From: Botryllus schlosseri
Taxonomy: Eukaryota
DNA length: 64,000 bases
Assembly (NCBI GenBank): GCA_051294905.1
Contig: CM119372.1
Span: 16,184,001-16,248,000, forward strand
Direction: 5' to 3'
How positions within the stretch are numbered: the first letter of the stretch is position 1; every line of letters begins with the position of its first letter. Of this stretch, positions 51,719 through 63,793 are shown in pieces. The notes under the pieces are model-generated. The model saw nothing but the letters and a program-made list of their open reading frames with translations. It did no database searches and was not told the origin of the DNA. A program made the position numbers and the translations under genes.

Positions 51719-53877
51719 TGGGCTATACAGATTTCGTGTAAACGGGGAAAGTGTGTACGGTGCACCATTCCGAGAAAGGTTGAATTGCTCTGTAATAAAC
51801 TATATGTCACATAACTTATAAAACTCACATTTCCATTCTCTTCGGAAACTGTGCGCTCTGCACCTTCGACGATCTCTGTTCTCTGGACAGCAATTCAATT
51901 TGCATCCGTCCACAACGTATCTGGTGATCCTGATCACTGAGAAGATTAAGTACTGAATAATGCCAATAAAAGGACAGGTTCAGCTGTATATTTGGGTCAG
52001 GGCAATACAGAATATAAATGATGGATCACACGAAGGTCCTGGGAGAGGTTAAGGACGCTTCAAAATACATGAGGAACTGCGCCAGTTAAATGCTATTTAA
52101 ATTAGCCGTTCTCAACCTATTTGTCTTCGGAGAACTCTTTTGGTCCTTCCAGGCCCGCCGCGGACACCTTCCTAAGTTTGTATTTCAGATTTACTTCTAT
52201 TTAGCTCATCTAATTTTTGAAATGAACGGGAACCGATTGCGCGTAACCCTTGCGACGGCAACTTTCGGCATGACCCAACATGATGAGTCGCAATATTAGA
52301 AAACAGATTTTTCAATGAACATATTATGTCCAACCAAGTTAGTTGTACCCGGCAGCTCATCTGGAAATTGCGAAGTTACCCCGATTGATCCTTCTATCCA
52401 TTTTTTCATCTTTTTCATAGACCCCTACTTTCCGGACCTTCTCAAAATAACTCACGGACTCCCCGTTCGGAACCACTGGCTAATGATCTATTACGAAATG
52501 TAAACGATCACAATATCTAAATATATTTCGTCAATATTGCGGTAAGTCGCTGTTGCGATTATGTTAAATGAAAGCTTGATGATCCGCATTATACGGAAAA
52601 ATATGTGTTTAGTATAACGATAAACACAGATTAGGAAGAATTTTAGATGTTTAATGAATAAATATCTCACCAGTAGACCTATAACGAGTAGGAGGAGACG
52701 AAGTTGCCGATACTTGATCGTGAACTTGACAAATATTCGTAAGGAAGACAAGCGTGATTATGATTGCCCACCTCATGACTACAGTTCATGCGAGTCTACT
52801 ATACGAAGATACACTGCACATGGAATATTCCTCTGGAGAAAATATACATATTATGTTTTGTTTATAAAAATTCAATGAGGTGCAGGAATGGTATTTACTG
52901 GAATATGTTCCGTTCTAGTCCGATTCGCTAACTGGCATTCGATTAGAATAGAGGCAGCGGGTGGGTCATAGGGATATTCCGAACGTTTAGTTTACTTTCG
53001 TGTTCGATATGCGAACCTTGATAATTCAGAAATTTGTGTTTGCAGACGAACCTCAGTAACTGTGAATATTTTGGGTAATATCGGATATTCCCGGTAATCT
53101 TACAATACATGATAAAATTTCCTGAGATATCAGCATACGCGAAACGAAAGGCAACCTTGAGTTGGAATATATTGTTGAACTGAATAAATTGAATTGACGT
53201 ATCTATAACATACTATGTTTGTTAGTGATATGGAGACTTAAATTCGTCACTGCTACATTCGTGGCTTATATTTCCGTGCAGCGACAATATAATATATGAC
53301 CGATGCTACCGAAAAGGATATACTTCAAAATTCCCACTAATCAATGGACATTTGGTAATTTGTTGCGCTGGAACAATAGTGGATGATCTAACAATCTACA
53401 TCTCAAATAAACGTACATGGGTATACTGTATGGAGGATGTACAGTCTCAACTGTCGTCATCTAATCATTCGTTTAAAGCACTGTGAAGCAGTGTTGGGAT
53501 CAAGTCACTACCTTCGAGTCACGAGTCATCTCGAGTCATTGCACATTTTGACACGAGTCAAGTCAAGTCAATCGATTTTCAAAGGTGACTCGAGTCAATT
53601 CAAGTCACTCGTTTTTTGGAGGTGACTCGAGTCAAGTCGAGTCAAGTCAAGTCAAGTCACGAGTCAAGTCAAAATTCAAGTCAAATTGAATTTTCGAAGT
53701 AGGCCTATGAGTGATGATTCGAAGTCATTATATTTTGCTAGCTGTGTGAAAGACATAATAATTGGCCATTTATCTTGAATTAAATAACGAATATAAAGGT
53801 AAATATACATGCAAAAAGACGTTGTATCGCCCACGCACAAGTAGAACTGCTAATAACATACGTGAGTAACTGTACAG

Positions 53878-55736
53878 TAGGGTTGTTCAGAATTGATCGA
53901 CTTTCAAAATGTCGTGGTTTTCAGTCCGATTCCCATGCCTTATACCATAAAAACATATTCTAGGTACTTTTTTTCGTAATTCATCCCTTGCATCCGTGTG
54001 CACATTGAGCTGGAAGAATATCGGCTAAAAATAGGGGATTCCCCTAAAATTTGAGTGTCGCTATTCGGACTAGGCTAGTAAAACGTCATATATAAGCTGG
54101 TTTTATGTAGCTATTGCGGTTGGAGTGCTACATAACCTCACTATAGAAAGTATTGTCAGTTCAGGACACCATTTTCATGTCCCACACTGCCTTAGAACTC
54201 CTCAAAACTGCCTAAGACTGATAGTCATTTTGTTGGATCACCTATCCTACACTCCTCAACCCTACCCGAGATTGTTCATCAATTGCCGGGATCACCACGT
54301 GCAAGAATACAACTGTAAATGTATCATTCACTAACAGCCACATTATAAACATCACATTGTTCAAAGGAAACGAAACAAAAAGGCAAAGAAACAGATCAAC
54401 TTGGCAAATACTACTTAAATCAGGTCCGGATGAAATGGTTGCTTTAGAGAAATCGGCATATCTGTTCCCGTTATCTTCCACGGCTTGTAAGAGGCTCGCT
54501 CGCTGTTCTTTGTCATCTGTTTTGAAAGCATCAAAGTCGGTATTCAATTTCACCAAACGCTCTGCTGCGCCGTTAACTATTTCAACGCTACTCACAAATT
54601 CTTGAGCAGTCACGAAATGCGATTCAGTATGCCATTCCGAAGCTGGAAGACTAAACCAATCATGTTCGACATGTATAGCATTGAATAGAAACCATGATTC
54701 CGGTTCAATAAAAGCAACCATACTCATTGACTCAGAGACAGAGTCAGAGATTAGACTCAGAGGTATAGCCTACCTCTGCGAAATTGTTCAAGGATTGGCA
54801 TTTGCAGCAATTTAGCAGCCATCGCTTCCTTCACTTTGTCAGGAATCTTTGGTTTAGCCGAGAACATTGTTGATACCACCGTTTCCTCGGTGAGATGCCA
54901 ATGATGCTCTCGCATCCTTTTATATGCCACATCAGCAACTGTGAAATCGCACAATGAAAAGTCTGTCATGCCATGAAGGAATTTGAGATCAATATACTGT
55001 GCGTCACATGCATTACCAGTTTTCAACCAAGCTGGGACATAAAACAGGACAACTTTCTAATGAACTCTTCAGAATAGCCCATTTGCTCTCTCCACATGAA
55101 CATTTTTGACAGTGCAGCACTTAACTCATCCATCCAGCACTGCCAAGGCCTCAAATTTCCCTCCGAAACGACTTCTAGTGAGCTTTGCATCCCAGTGCAA
55201 TGCAATGTGCCAAGTTGATCTGTTTCTTTGCCTTTTTGTTTCGTTTCCTTTGAACAATGTGATGTTTATAATGTGGCTGTTAGTGAATGATACATTTACA
55301 GTTGTATTCTTGCACGTGGTGATCCCGGCAATTGATGAACAATCTCGGGTAGGGTTGAGGAGTGTAGGATAGGTGATCCAACAAAATGACTATCAGTCTT
55401 AGGCAGTTTTGAGGAGTTCTAAGGCAGTGTGGGACATGAAAATGGTGTCCTGAACTGACAATACTTTCTATAGTGAGGTTATGTAGCACTCCAACCGCAA
55501 TAGCTACATAAAACCAGCTTATATATGACGTTTTACTAGCCTAGTCCGAATAGCGACACTCAAATTTTAGGGGAATCCCCTATTTTTAGCCGATATTCTT
55601 CCAGCTCAATGTGCACACGGATGCAAGGGATGAATTACGAAAAAAAGTACCTAGAATATGTTTTTATGGTATAAGGCATGGGAATCGGACTGAAAACCAC
55701 GACATTTTGAAAGTCGATCAATTCTGAACAACCCTA
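53878..55736 (-). mobile_element. Foldback hAT (hATm-like) with 529-bp inverted arms
   Basis: 53878-54406 is the reverse complement of 55208-55736, with no mismatch seen by eye and identical peptides in the ORF track. TSD CTGTACAG; the empty site is visible at about 27725-27750. Confidence 0.92.
54407..55207 (-). pseudogene. Internally deleted hATm-like transposase
   Basis: LHWDAKL..KFEALAVL is joined directly to WMS*VL..KMFMWREQM..FYVPAWL..DLKFL..HHWHLTEETV..IVNGAAERLVKLNTDF..DDKEQRASLLQAVED. This matches the HWDGKL / RWM.K / HLWYLSEE / VNDAAERGVKL motif series. The family name is from recall. Confidence 0.7.
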
Positions 55737-56371
55737 CTGTACAGCTATATGCTACAGTCGATTATTATCAGCCAAATATAGAACCGAATACGAAGCCTTG
55801 TGAAGTTAAAACAATTTGATTTGGTAAAACAGCCTACACTTCCCATCCGTGAGAATAAAACGCACCAACTATATTTGTTCGATTTAAATCATACAAGAGG
55901 GTTGGTAAAGGTGAGCACTGCGCAACGTAAGCATTGACCCGTCTAAGAAACAGAGACACATTGCTAATAGATTAATCTACCACTACTACAGGGGCGGGCA
56001 ACATACGGCCCGCGGGCCGGATCCGGCCCGCAACGGGATTTTGTCCGGCCCGCGGACAGTTTCGAGTAACTGTTAGTGTTCCCGTCATGTTAAACATGTT
56101 AATGTGGCCCGCGGCCCCAGTCTGCGGAGATTCCCCACTGCTTGCTTACTACGCCAAATTTTTGTGACTCTAGCACCGTGTGTTATTTGATCAGAGAGAA
56201 GCAGATATGATGGCGCCTGTATGACAATGTTGTTCTCAAATCCACATTGTCTTCGTCATTATCAGCGAGAACTGGCTTAGAAGTGACATTGCTGTTGTTA
56301 GAATACATTCATTAAATACGCTTTATTCCTTGTATAGGTGGATAAATGGGCGAATAATGGATCGATTCAGC

Positions 56372-59300
56372 CATAGGCACCGACTTATTTTTGCATGGGG
56401 TGGCAGGCGCGTAACCAGGGGATGTCGAAACCCCCTCCTTTTGAAACGCAAAACCCCGTCATTTTGAAATGACCATTCTGACGCTAATATTCAGTTGCAA
56501 TTAAACAAGTCGTATTATCAGTGTTACGCGGCCACCAAGTAGCGAGAATCGTCTGTGCACGCATATCGTATCGCACAATGTAAACGAGATGAAATGATTG
56601 CGAAAGTAGGTCATTGATTGCCGCGGTCTCAGCATTCGTCGCTGGACTGTGCACTGAGCAGTAACACTGCGCGACAATTCTGAACACGACAGACACAAGA
56701 ATTATGATTACAAACGCGCTCTTCCAATCAGTAATTATCCCTTACCGCCAACACAATGGGTTTTTACTTGGTATTGAGTAGCTCGCATCGTGACAATTGA
56801 TTGCTGATTAAAACATCGATTTTGATTGCATTGCTGCATTTCCTGATTTACGTTCGCAAAGAATAATTGGATTAATATTATGGGCACTGGAATAAATTCC
56901 AACTAGCAGGCACACACAATATAACACTGTTCAACTTTGTGCTCCAAGAATATTTATCACAAAAATGGTTCACAAAGTATTTTAAACACGGCTTCCGGCC
57001 CTCATCGATGCAAATAATGCACTTTAATTTGTAGAAGGTGAACGTATATTTGGTCGTCAAATCGCGATAGGAGATGGTGTTTCTCAGAGCGCGCGATGAA
57101 ATCTACGTTTCTAACGATTAGGTCGAATTTGTACATATAACAAGGATAGTTAGTTTGCTGAAATCGGCATCAGTACGCTATGCGAAATACATAGTAGCTA
57201 GTGATCAATTTTATCGGACTGTACAATCGGCCGGCAAGGTTGCGCTGATAACGAAATTGCAGACATGCCGCAAACCTGCAATAATTACAATTACAGGGTG
57301 CGCTAGTCATACCTAAATACCCAGATTCGGCAATGTTCAGACGCGGGCATATGTTTTAATCAATAAGATACATAAACACAAACAATATTACACTTAGAGA
57401 TTGTTACTGTTCGGCGAAACTGTTTCTGCGGACGGTAGCAGGCCTGCATGCGGACGCGCTAAATCGAACTACCGTCGATAGCAGACTTGGACAACTAGAT
57501 AATTCTAGTTGTCTAATTTCACTAAATTAGAGCGAAATGCCGGTAATCTAATTCTAATCTAATTTGTGAAATGTTCCTATGCTCTAATTTTAGTTCTAAT
57601 CTAATTTATTGTTTTCCTGAAAATGCCTCTTCATACGAGGCATTTTCCAGCGAGTTGACAAGAATATCCCTCTCGCGCAGGGAAATCCAGTGCCATGCCA
57701 ATCCGCTATAGCTTTACTGACACCGTGCAGTCATAGTAATTATTGTGACTAATAATAGCCTGCTAGCATAGTAGCTTGTAGTCTGCGAACAACATTCTAG
57801 TTTTTGAAACTTTACGTTAGTACAACGCCGTTCTGACTAACATGAGCGATGCTCATGGTTACCACAAAAGAAGTACGGTAATATTTCATTAAAATAGTAC
57901 AATCGCAACAAGAAATATCATAATCATAAACGTCATTCTATTTTGAACTATATGAGTTGCGCAAGGTACCCGACAGCGCTTTGCAACGACTAATGAATCG
58001 ACCTTGGGGCTAGCTAGACATGTTACTTTGGCTGAAAGACTATCTTATCCTACAGATTGATCTTGTGGGGACGTCCTATGCCGTTTTCGAAGCGTTTTCA
58101 TGACGGTGTCTGGGCCATGGCACGTCAAGACAATATGCTTATTGATATCAGCTGACTCTCCATCGATGGAATGCTGTTGCCATTGCCGAAGCCGTTTCAT
58201 CTAGTGTGGAATAGCGTTGTTGGTCACAGGCGAATAGATTAGTTTGAAACAACAATAATAATAATAATTTGAAACTAAAATTAATTTTAGCATTTAAATG
58301 CTTTATGTTGCGTATTTCCAACATCTCAAATCAGATCGCTGTTCGCGATTGTTGTGACCCCTGGTAAATGAGCCAAGCTTGGTGTACAAACGTTAACTGT
58401 TCTCATGGTTATGGGGATGCACTGTGATTTGATAACAACTGATTTTTGCTGTAATCATTTCCCATTCACAATTTCATTCAATTTTAATTTTTTTACGAAT
58501 TCCGTAATTCTAATTCTAATCTAATTTGAAAAAACTGTGAAGCTCTAATTCTAATTCTAATCTAATTTGGAAAAAGCTGTGGAGGTCAAATCCTAATTCT
58601 AATCTAATTCAGAAAAGCTGAAAATTTTCTAGTTGTCCAAGTCTGGTCGATAGTGCACATGAGATATCGATGACCTATTTCGCAATCAAATGATTCTCGC
58701 TAATTTGCAGTACGCAGCGTCGATAATACGAATTAGTGAACTGGCTTCAAAAGGACGGGGTTTCTAGTTATAAATGAGATACTCCCTGACTACGCACCCG
58801 AGGTGTCAATGCCGACAACGCGCTGGTTAATATCAGCCCGGGGCTTACGACCTACGTAGGCCCCGATCAGCCAGTCGAATTTGATCGTAAAATGGTACGC
58901 TTTTAATTATCCACGTGTTATTGCAGCAACAGCAATATGGGCGCATGCCGCGACCTTATCCATAGAAATACACATCCCAAAGGTTTGAAATCCGATCCGC
59001 CATATGATTGCGCTCGATAGAGTCCGTCCAGCAATAAAGTTTATTGTAACATTCAAACTAATCGAATGAATTCAGCATTTTCGACACCGAAAATCTCGTC
59101 TTATATCAATATTTGAAAACGTAATTCAACGTCGTGCACTGCACAATGCGCAATATTCATAATAAAATTAAACGCTGACAAGTGACACCCATGGAATGCG
59201 AGTGTATAAAGCAGGCAATAATTAGTAGCCTACAGATGATAGCAAACGAGAAAGCGCGCATCTAATCAGTAATTCCACTACTTGCGTACAGCACGAAGGG

Positions 59301-59874
59301 GTTCCAAGTCCGATGTCGCGACAATTGTTTGCTCATTATAGCGACGTATGAGCTGCATTGTTGCATTTCCCGATAAAAGTCTGCAAACCCTCGTTAGAGT
59401 AATGAATATGCGCACTTTGCGCAGGAATGACTTTCAATTCGCAGGCATACACAAACACAGTGTCCTATTTCGCGCTCCATGCCTCAAATACGGAACTAAC
59501 TCAAGAATTATTTTGTAACTGAATATGGGCGCAAAAACAAAACGAATTACGAGAAAGAGTACGTGAATTCGCTCGCCTGGTCGAAAGAGAAGATGGTGTT
59601 TCTCCATAACGTTTCTCAGCGCAAGCGTATCGAAATCGACGTCGTAAACAAGGTTGCTTCGATTGTCTGATTACTAATCACGGATTATTGGGGCGTTTTA
59701 AGCACTAGTTCGTGGTCGCCGACGAAGCTACGTATTCTATTATTCGCGCGCGTATCGGTTAATGGAAAACTCGGTAATTGACAGCGCTGATGATTTGAAA
59801 TCGCAGACGGCGGGCGTTTAATCTTATTGTATGGGGTGGTCGCCACCCCGCCAACCCGTAACTCGGCGCCTATG
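56372..59874 (+). mobile_element. Tip100-like hAT (CATAGGCGCCGA termini), nest level 3
   Basis: TIR CATAGGCACCGA / TCGGCGCCTATG; TSD GATTCAGC/GATTCACC. Confidence 0.78.
57482..58645 (+). mobile_element. hAT MITE with CTAATTCTAATCTAATT repeats, innermost
   Basis: 18-bp TIR CAGACTTGGACAACTAGA; perfect TSD GTCGATAG. Confidence 0.93.
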
Positions 59875-62191
59875 GATTCACCAATCCGGCCCGCCAAGTA
59901 CTTAGTTTTTTTTTTATATCCGGCCCGCCGACTGGAGAAGTTGCCCGCCCCAGCACTACTACGAAAACGTAAGCTGTGATCGTTTCGTTTGCGGTCAATT
60001 TGTTTGTGATGTAACGGTGGAGGATCAGTGTAACGTACAATCAGTGAAGAACTGGTTGCTCTCACAAGTGCCACCGGTGCATCCCGAACAATCCGAACAT
60101 ACACAAGATACAGTGATTTAATCGACACCGCTTACTTGGTGACTTGAAATTGACTGGTAAATTTTGCTCTGAGTCACGAGTCAATACACATTTCTGAAAC
60201 TCCGAGTCAAGTCAAGTCGAGCCATTTTCTCAAAGTGAGTCGAATCAAGTCAAGTCATACGAAAAAGTTGACTCGAGTCATCCCAACCCTGCTGTGAAGA
60301 TAGCGTATTTGTATTGTCGGACGTCAATGGTGTGATAGCTACCTAATACCTCATGTATTGTGTAAACTTACAGGGTGCCTGGAATTATCGATAGGAAGTA
60401 ATATCTTCGTGTTCACACGAACCATAACCTTTCATGAGTTCGCACCCTCCCTCGTAAGTAACGCATATAACTATCGTCGTATAGTTCAATTCCTCCCCGT
60501 AGTTATGTATGAGGCGAAAATAGCCTACGCCATGTTGTAATTCAAAATCGAAGCAGTAATAATTGAAGCTTAACAGTGTATAACTCATCTCCAAAAACAC
60601 TTTTAGCAACCGGGAACTATGATTCAGCATGTTTGGACCGATAATGCCGTGCATCACTAATCTGGTGGTTCTTGACCTTTACTAACCCGCGGAACACCTG
60701 CGTCAGGGGTCGGGAACCTTTTTCGTCCGAAGAGCCATATTTTAACTCGCAAAGAGCCACACATGTCAATCAAATATTACATCACAATCGAAAATTCGTG
60801 ACGTTGTGGTAGCACTTATTCAAATTCACTACATGCGATTCGTCGATTCTCTGTAAAAACTCTCAATAATCATGTCGGTTGCCTTATTTGACAATGCGAA
60901 ACTTTAATTATATAGATCTTTTGCCAGTTACACCTTTTCAATTGTCGTACAGTGAGTCTCGTTAGAGCCATTTGATATTTTTCGAAGCAAGTCAGGGATG
61001 CTTTACTGACGTCTTAAGGCTGGTGGCTCATGGCTGCTGACGGTTACGGCAGTAGTATTCGAAGTTGCAAATACGGCTTAACACCCTTGCTTATGAGCAT
61101 TGTGTGATGAAACTTTTTTTTCATTTTAACCGACCAATGTAGCGTCAATGAGTAACATTCCACTATTCTATGTTATTGGTTTCGTGCTTTCTGAAAGAGA
61201 GTAATGCCCGGGTAATTCAGACGGATGGGCAGTAGCCAAAAAGAAAATCAGTATAAAAAAAAAAATTTAACTCGTAACTGATGTTACAGTGATAATGTGA
61301 TTTCGCGAAGGTACATGACGAACAGTGTCAGAAATTCAAAATTAAATGCTTTTATGACACGATTCCCTGACTTCGCCAATCAAATATAGATTCATATTCT
61401 GCTTCCATTTCTGTTTCGTACACCTACTTGCGTAACTTATAAGTGTACTATACTAATGATCTCTTTTAAGCACTTTAGGTTTGTCGACTTTGCCCCTCCA
61501 TTCTTTTCTGGTGACCATGACAGTCTTAAGCAATCACAACGTCACGAATTTGCCTGTGCATATTTTTCATTTTAAATGCTTCGAATTTATACAGTCGTGG
61601 AAATCATACATCGGAACCATTCTCACATTCACACTTGTTTTCTCTAGAACAGGTTAATATTCATGATCAAGGTTTTTCTCTTCCAACCAAATTACCACGC
61701 TTAAGGCCTATCCGTTAAGTGTATAGGCTACAATTCAGTAGGCCTATAGCAGAATCCTCATGGCGAAAGACGCACTCTATAACATCGATTTACTGGTATT
61801 TATGTAATTTTCGAATTCACATTCTCAAATCAATAGATTTTTTCGCCGGCTCTCCCTTTTGTTTATTGAGTGGAGAAAGGGATATTTCATCCTGTGAAAC
61901 CAAAAGGCACCGATCATTTCACTACAACTTTATCGTTCAACTCATCGAACACAAATATTCGCAGTGGATAACACTTCTGTGGTGCTTAGATTTGTTTTGG
62001 TACATTTCGTCTACAGACCCGCGTACCAGTCAGTCAGAGATTATTATCGACAATGACGCTAATTTACTACTATTACTGCTACTTAAAATTCATGTTGTTG
62101 TAAACATCGTAACAATAATTGATTACTAGAAACTATACATAAACTGGATAAGACCCTTCTTGCGGCGCGCGACAAGATTCTGTCAAACTTT

Positions 62192-62400
62192 CAGAGGTGG
62201 TCAGTAACGAAGTACTTCTACTTTTTCGAAGTACTCAAGTAGTTTTCCTCTACTTCTGGTACTTACTCAAGTAGATCTGAATTTCATTACTTCTACTTCT
62301 ACTTCATAATTTTTTGTGATCTACTTACTTACTTTTCGCTATTTTCAGTTTGTCAAGTAGAAGTAGTTTAATCCTCCAATCAGGAAGACAGCTTGAGTAA
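62192..62400 (+). mobile_element. Tol2-like hAT terminus (single end)
   Basis: CAGAGGTGGTCAGTAACGAAGTACT followed by many AGTA/TACT repeats, as in Tol2-type ends. The partner end was not found. Confidence 0.55.
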
Positions 62401-63760
62401 TTTCGGGCTGTTTTCACGGAGTATCGACATTTAATTTTCATAAAAGTTGAGTTAAGCCTAGAATTTTGGTCGCGTTTCGCGCGCAGTGAATGTGGAGTAT
62501 CCAGTATGATTTCACGAAAGTATCGTTGAATATAATTTAGGTAGCGGGTGGGCGTGGTTCCGTTCACACCGCATTGTCACCCTTCGCCATATCAAATATT
62601 TCATCACAGTATATATGGTTTATCATAATGTTTGAAACTGATGTTTCGCAATCTAGCATTTACTTATCATATCGTAATCTAGCTGTCCATGGCGTGTCCT
62701 AATATGGAAAAGTGGACTCTGACTTTTCTTTAGTTTTAGAGCTGTTTCAGCATACCAACCTTCGAAACTTTCTGGACACTTGCAATTCCCAGTACCGTAT
62801 ATTTTGATTTCTAATTAATATCAATTCTTTTGTCTGGATAATATACATGTTGAAGTCACTGGCGTAGCCAGAGAGGGGCGAAAGGTGCGATCGCTCCCCC
62901 AAAATTTTCGAAACTTTTCGTAAAATCAATAAATATAACAGCATTTTGGAGAAGATAAATGCAACCGAAAACTTTTCTTCGCGCTTCGCGCGATTTAGTG
63001 TCCATACACGTCTTCACTATATTATCGGTGTCCCGAAAAAGAATTCTTCTGCAAATACCCATAATTTAATTTAGCAGCATTCTTAATTATGAGAATACAA
63101 CGGTACCAGTAGATACACGAGAGTACGGTAGCTCGAGATCGTTGGGTTGATTGAGTCTAGGGTTGTCAGTTCAGTATGGGGGTGAGGTACTGATGTTAGT
63201 TCCGGCAATGTTCGTACCGGGACACATGAAGACATCTAAAGTAGGCTACATGCGACTCCGTAAAGTGCGCTCCCAAAATGATTGACGGCCATAAAACCGA
63301 CGCATGTATTCCGAAGCCTACGATATAGGCTGGCGCCTAATGATCATGTCCCTGCAATTAGACACCTCCGACATAAATGCGACTGGCACAGGAAAATATC
63401 GGCACCTCCCGTGAAAAAGCGCTAAATTGAAATCGCGCGAGTCTGATCAAAGGAGTGTTTTAATTTGGTCTGGTGTGTATCATCAATTCCAATCTTTAAA
63501 GTTGCGTCAATCTTTACCAGAGGTTGCTAAATAACTGTGCTTCAACGAAGTAAGACTGGAATCCACTTGCTCATATAGGCTACTCGTACGAATATTAGTC
63601 ATCAAATTCTTTCATTTATTCAAGAATATTTCACGCTCCGCGCAACTAGGTCCGAAATTCACACCGGTTGTTCATCACTCAATGTCAGCGATTTGGGCTC
63701 GTCCGTGAAACGATCACCTAATACAAGCTGTATTTGGAAACTGGAAGCTTCCATAGGGTA

Positions 63761-63793
63761 TGTGTGTGTGTGTGTGTGTGTGCGTGCGTGCGT
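63761..63793 (+). repeat. (TG)n/(TGCG)n microsatellite
   Basis: Direct tandem dinucleotide run. Confidence 0.9.

Larger units (their letters stand above)
55989..59953 (+). mobile_element. Charlie-type element (GGCCCGC repeats), nest level 2
   Basis: TIR CAGGGGCGGGCAA / TTGCCCGCCCCAG; perfect TSD CACTACTA. Confidence 0.9.
53489..60291 (-). mobile_element. GACTCGAGTC-family hAT, copy 3, host of a multi-level nest
   Basis: Termini CAGTGTTGGGA / TCCCAACCCTG; perfect TSD CTGTGAAG (53481-53488, 60292-60299). After removing inserts it is colinear with the reverse complement of 27183-28068. Confidence 0.92.

Noticed and set aside
51275..51828. Longest ORFs in the track (LSISLSLY repeats)
   Set aside because: They read through a microsatellite and an N gap.
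54125..55489. Identical 69-aa ORFs on opposite strands suggesting a duplicated gene
   Set aside because: A by-product of the 529-bp inverted arms; no recognisable protein.
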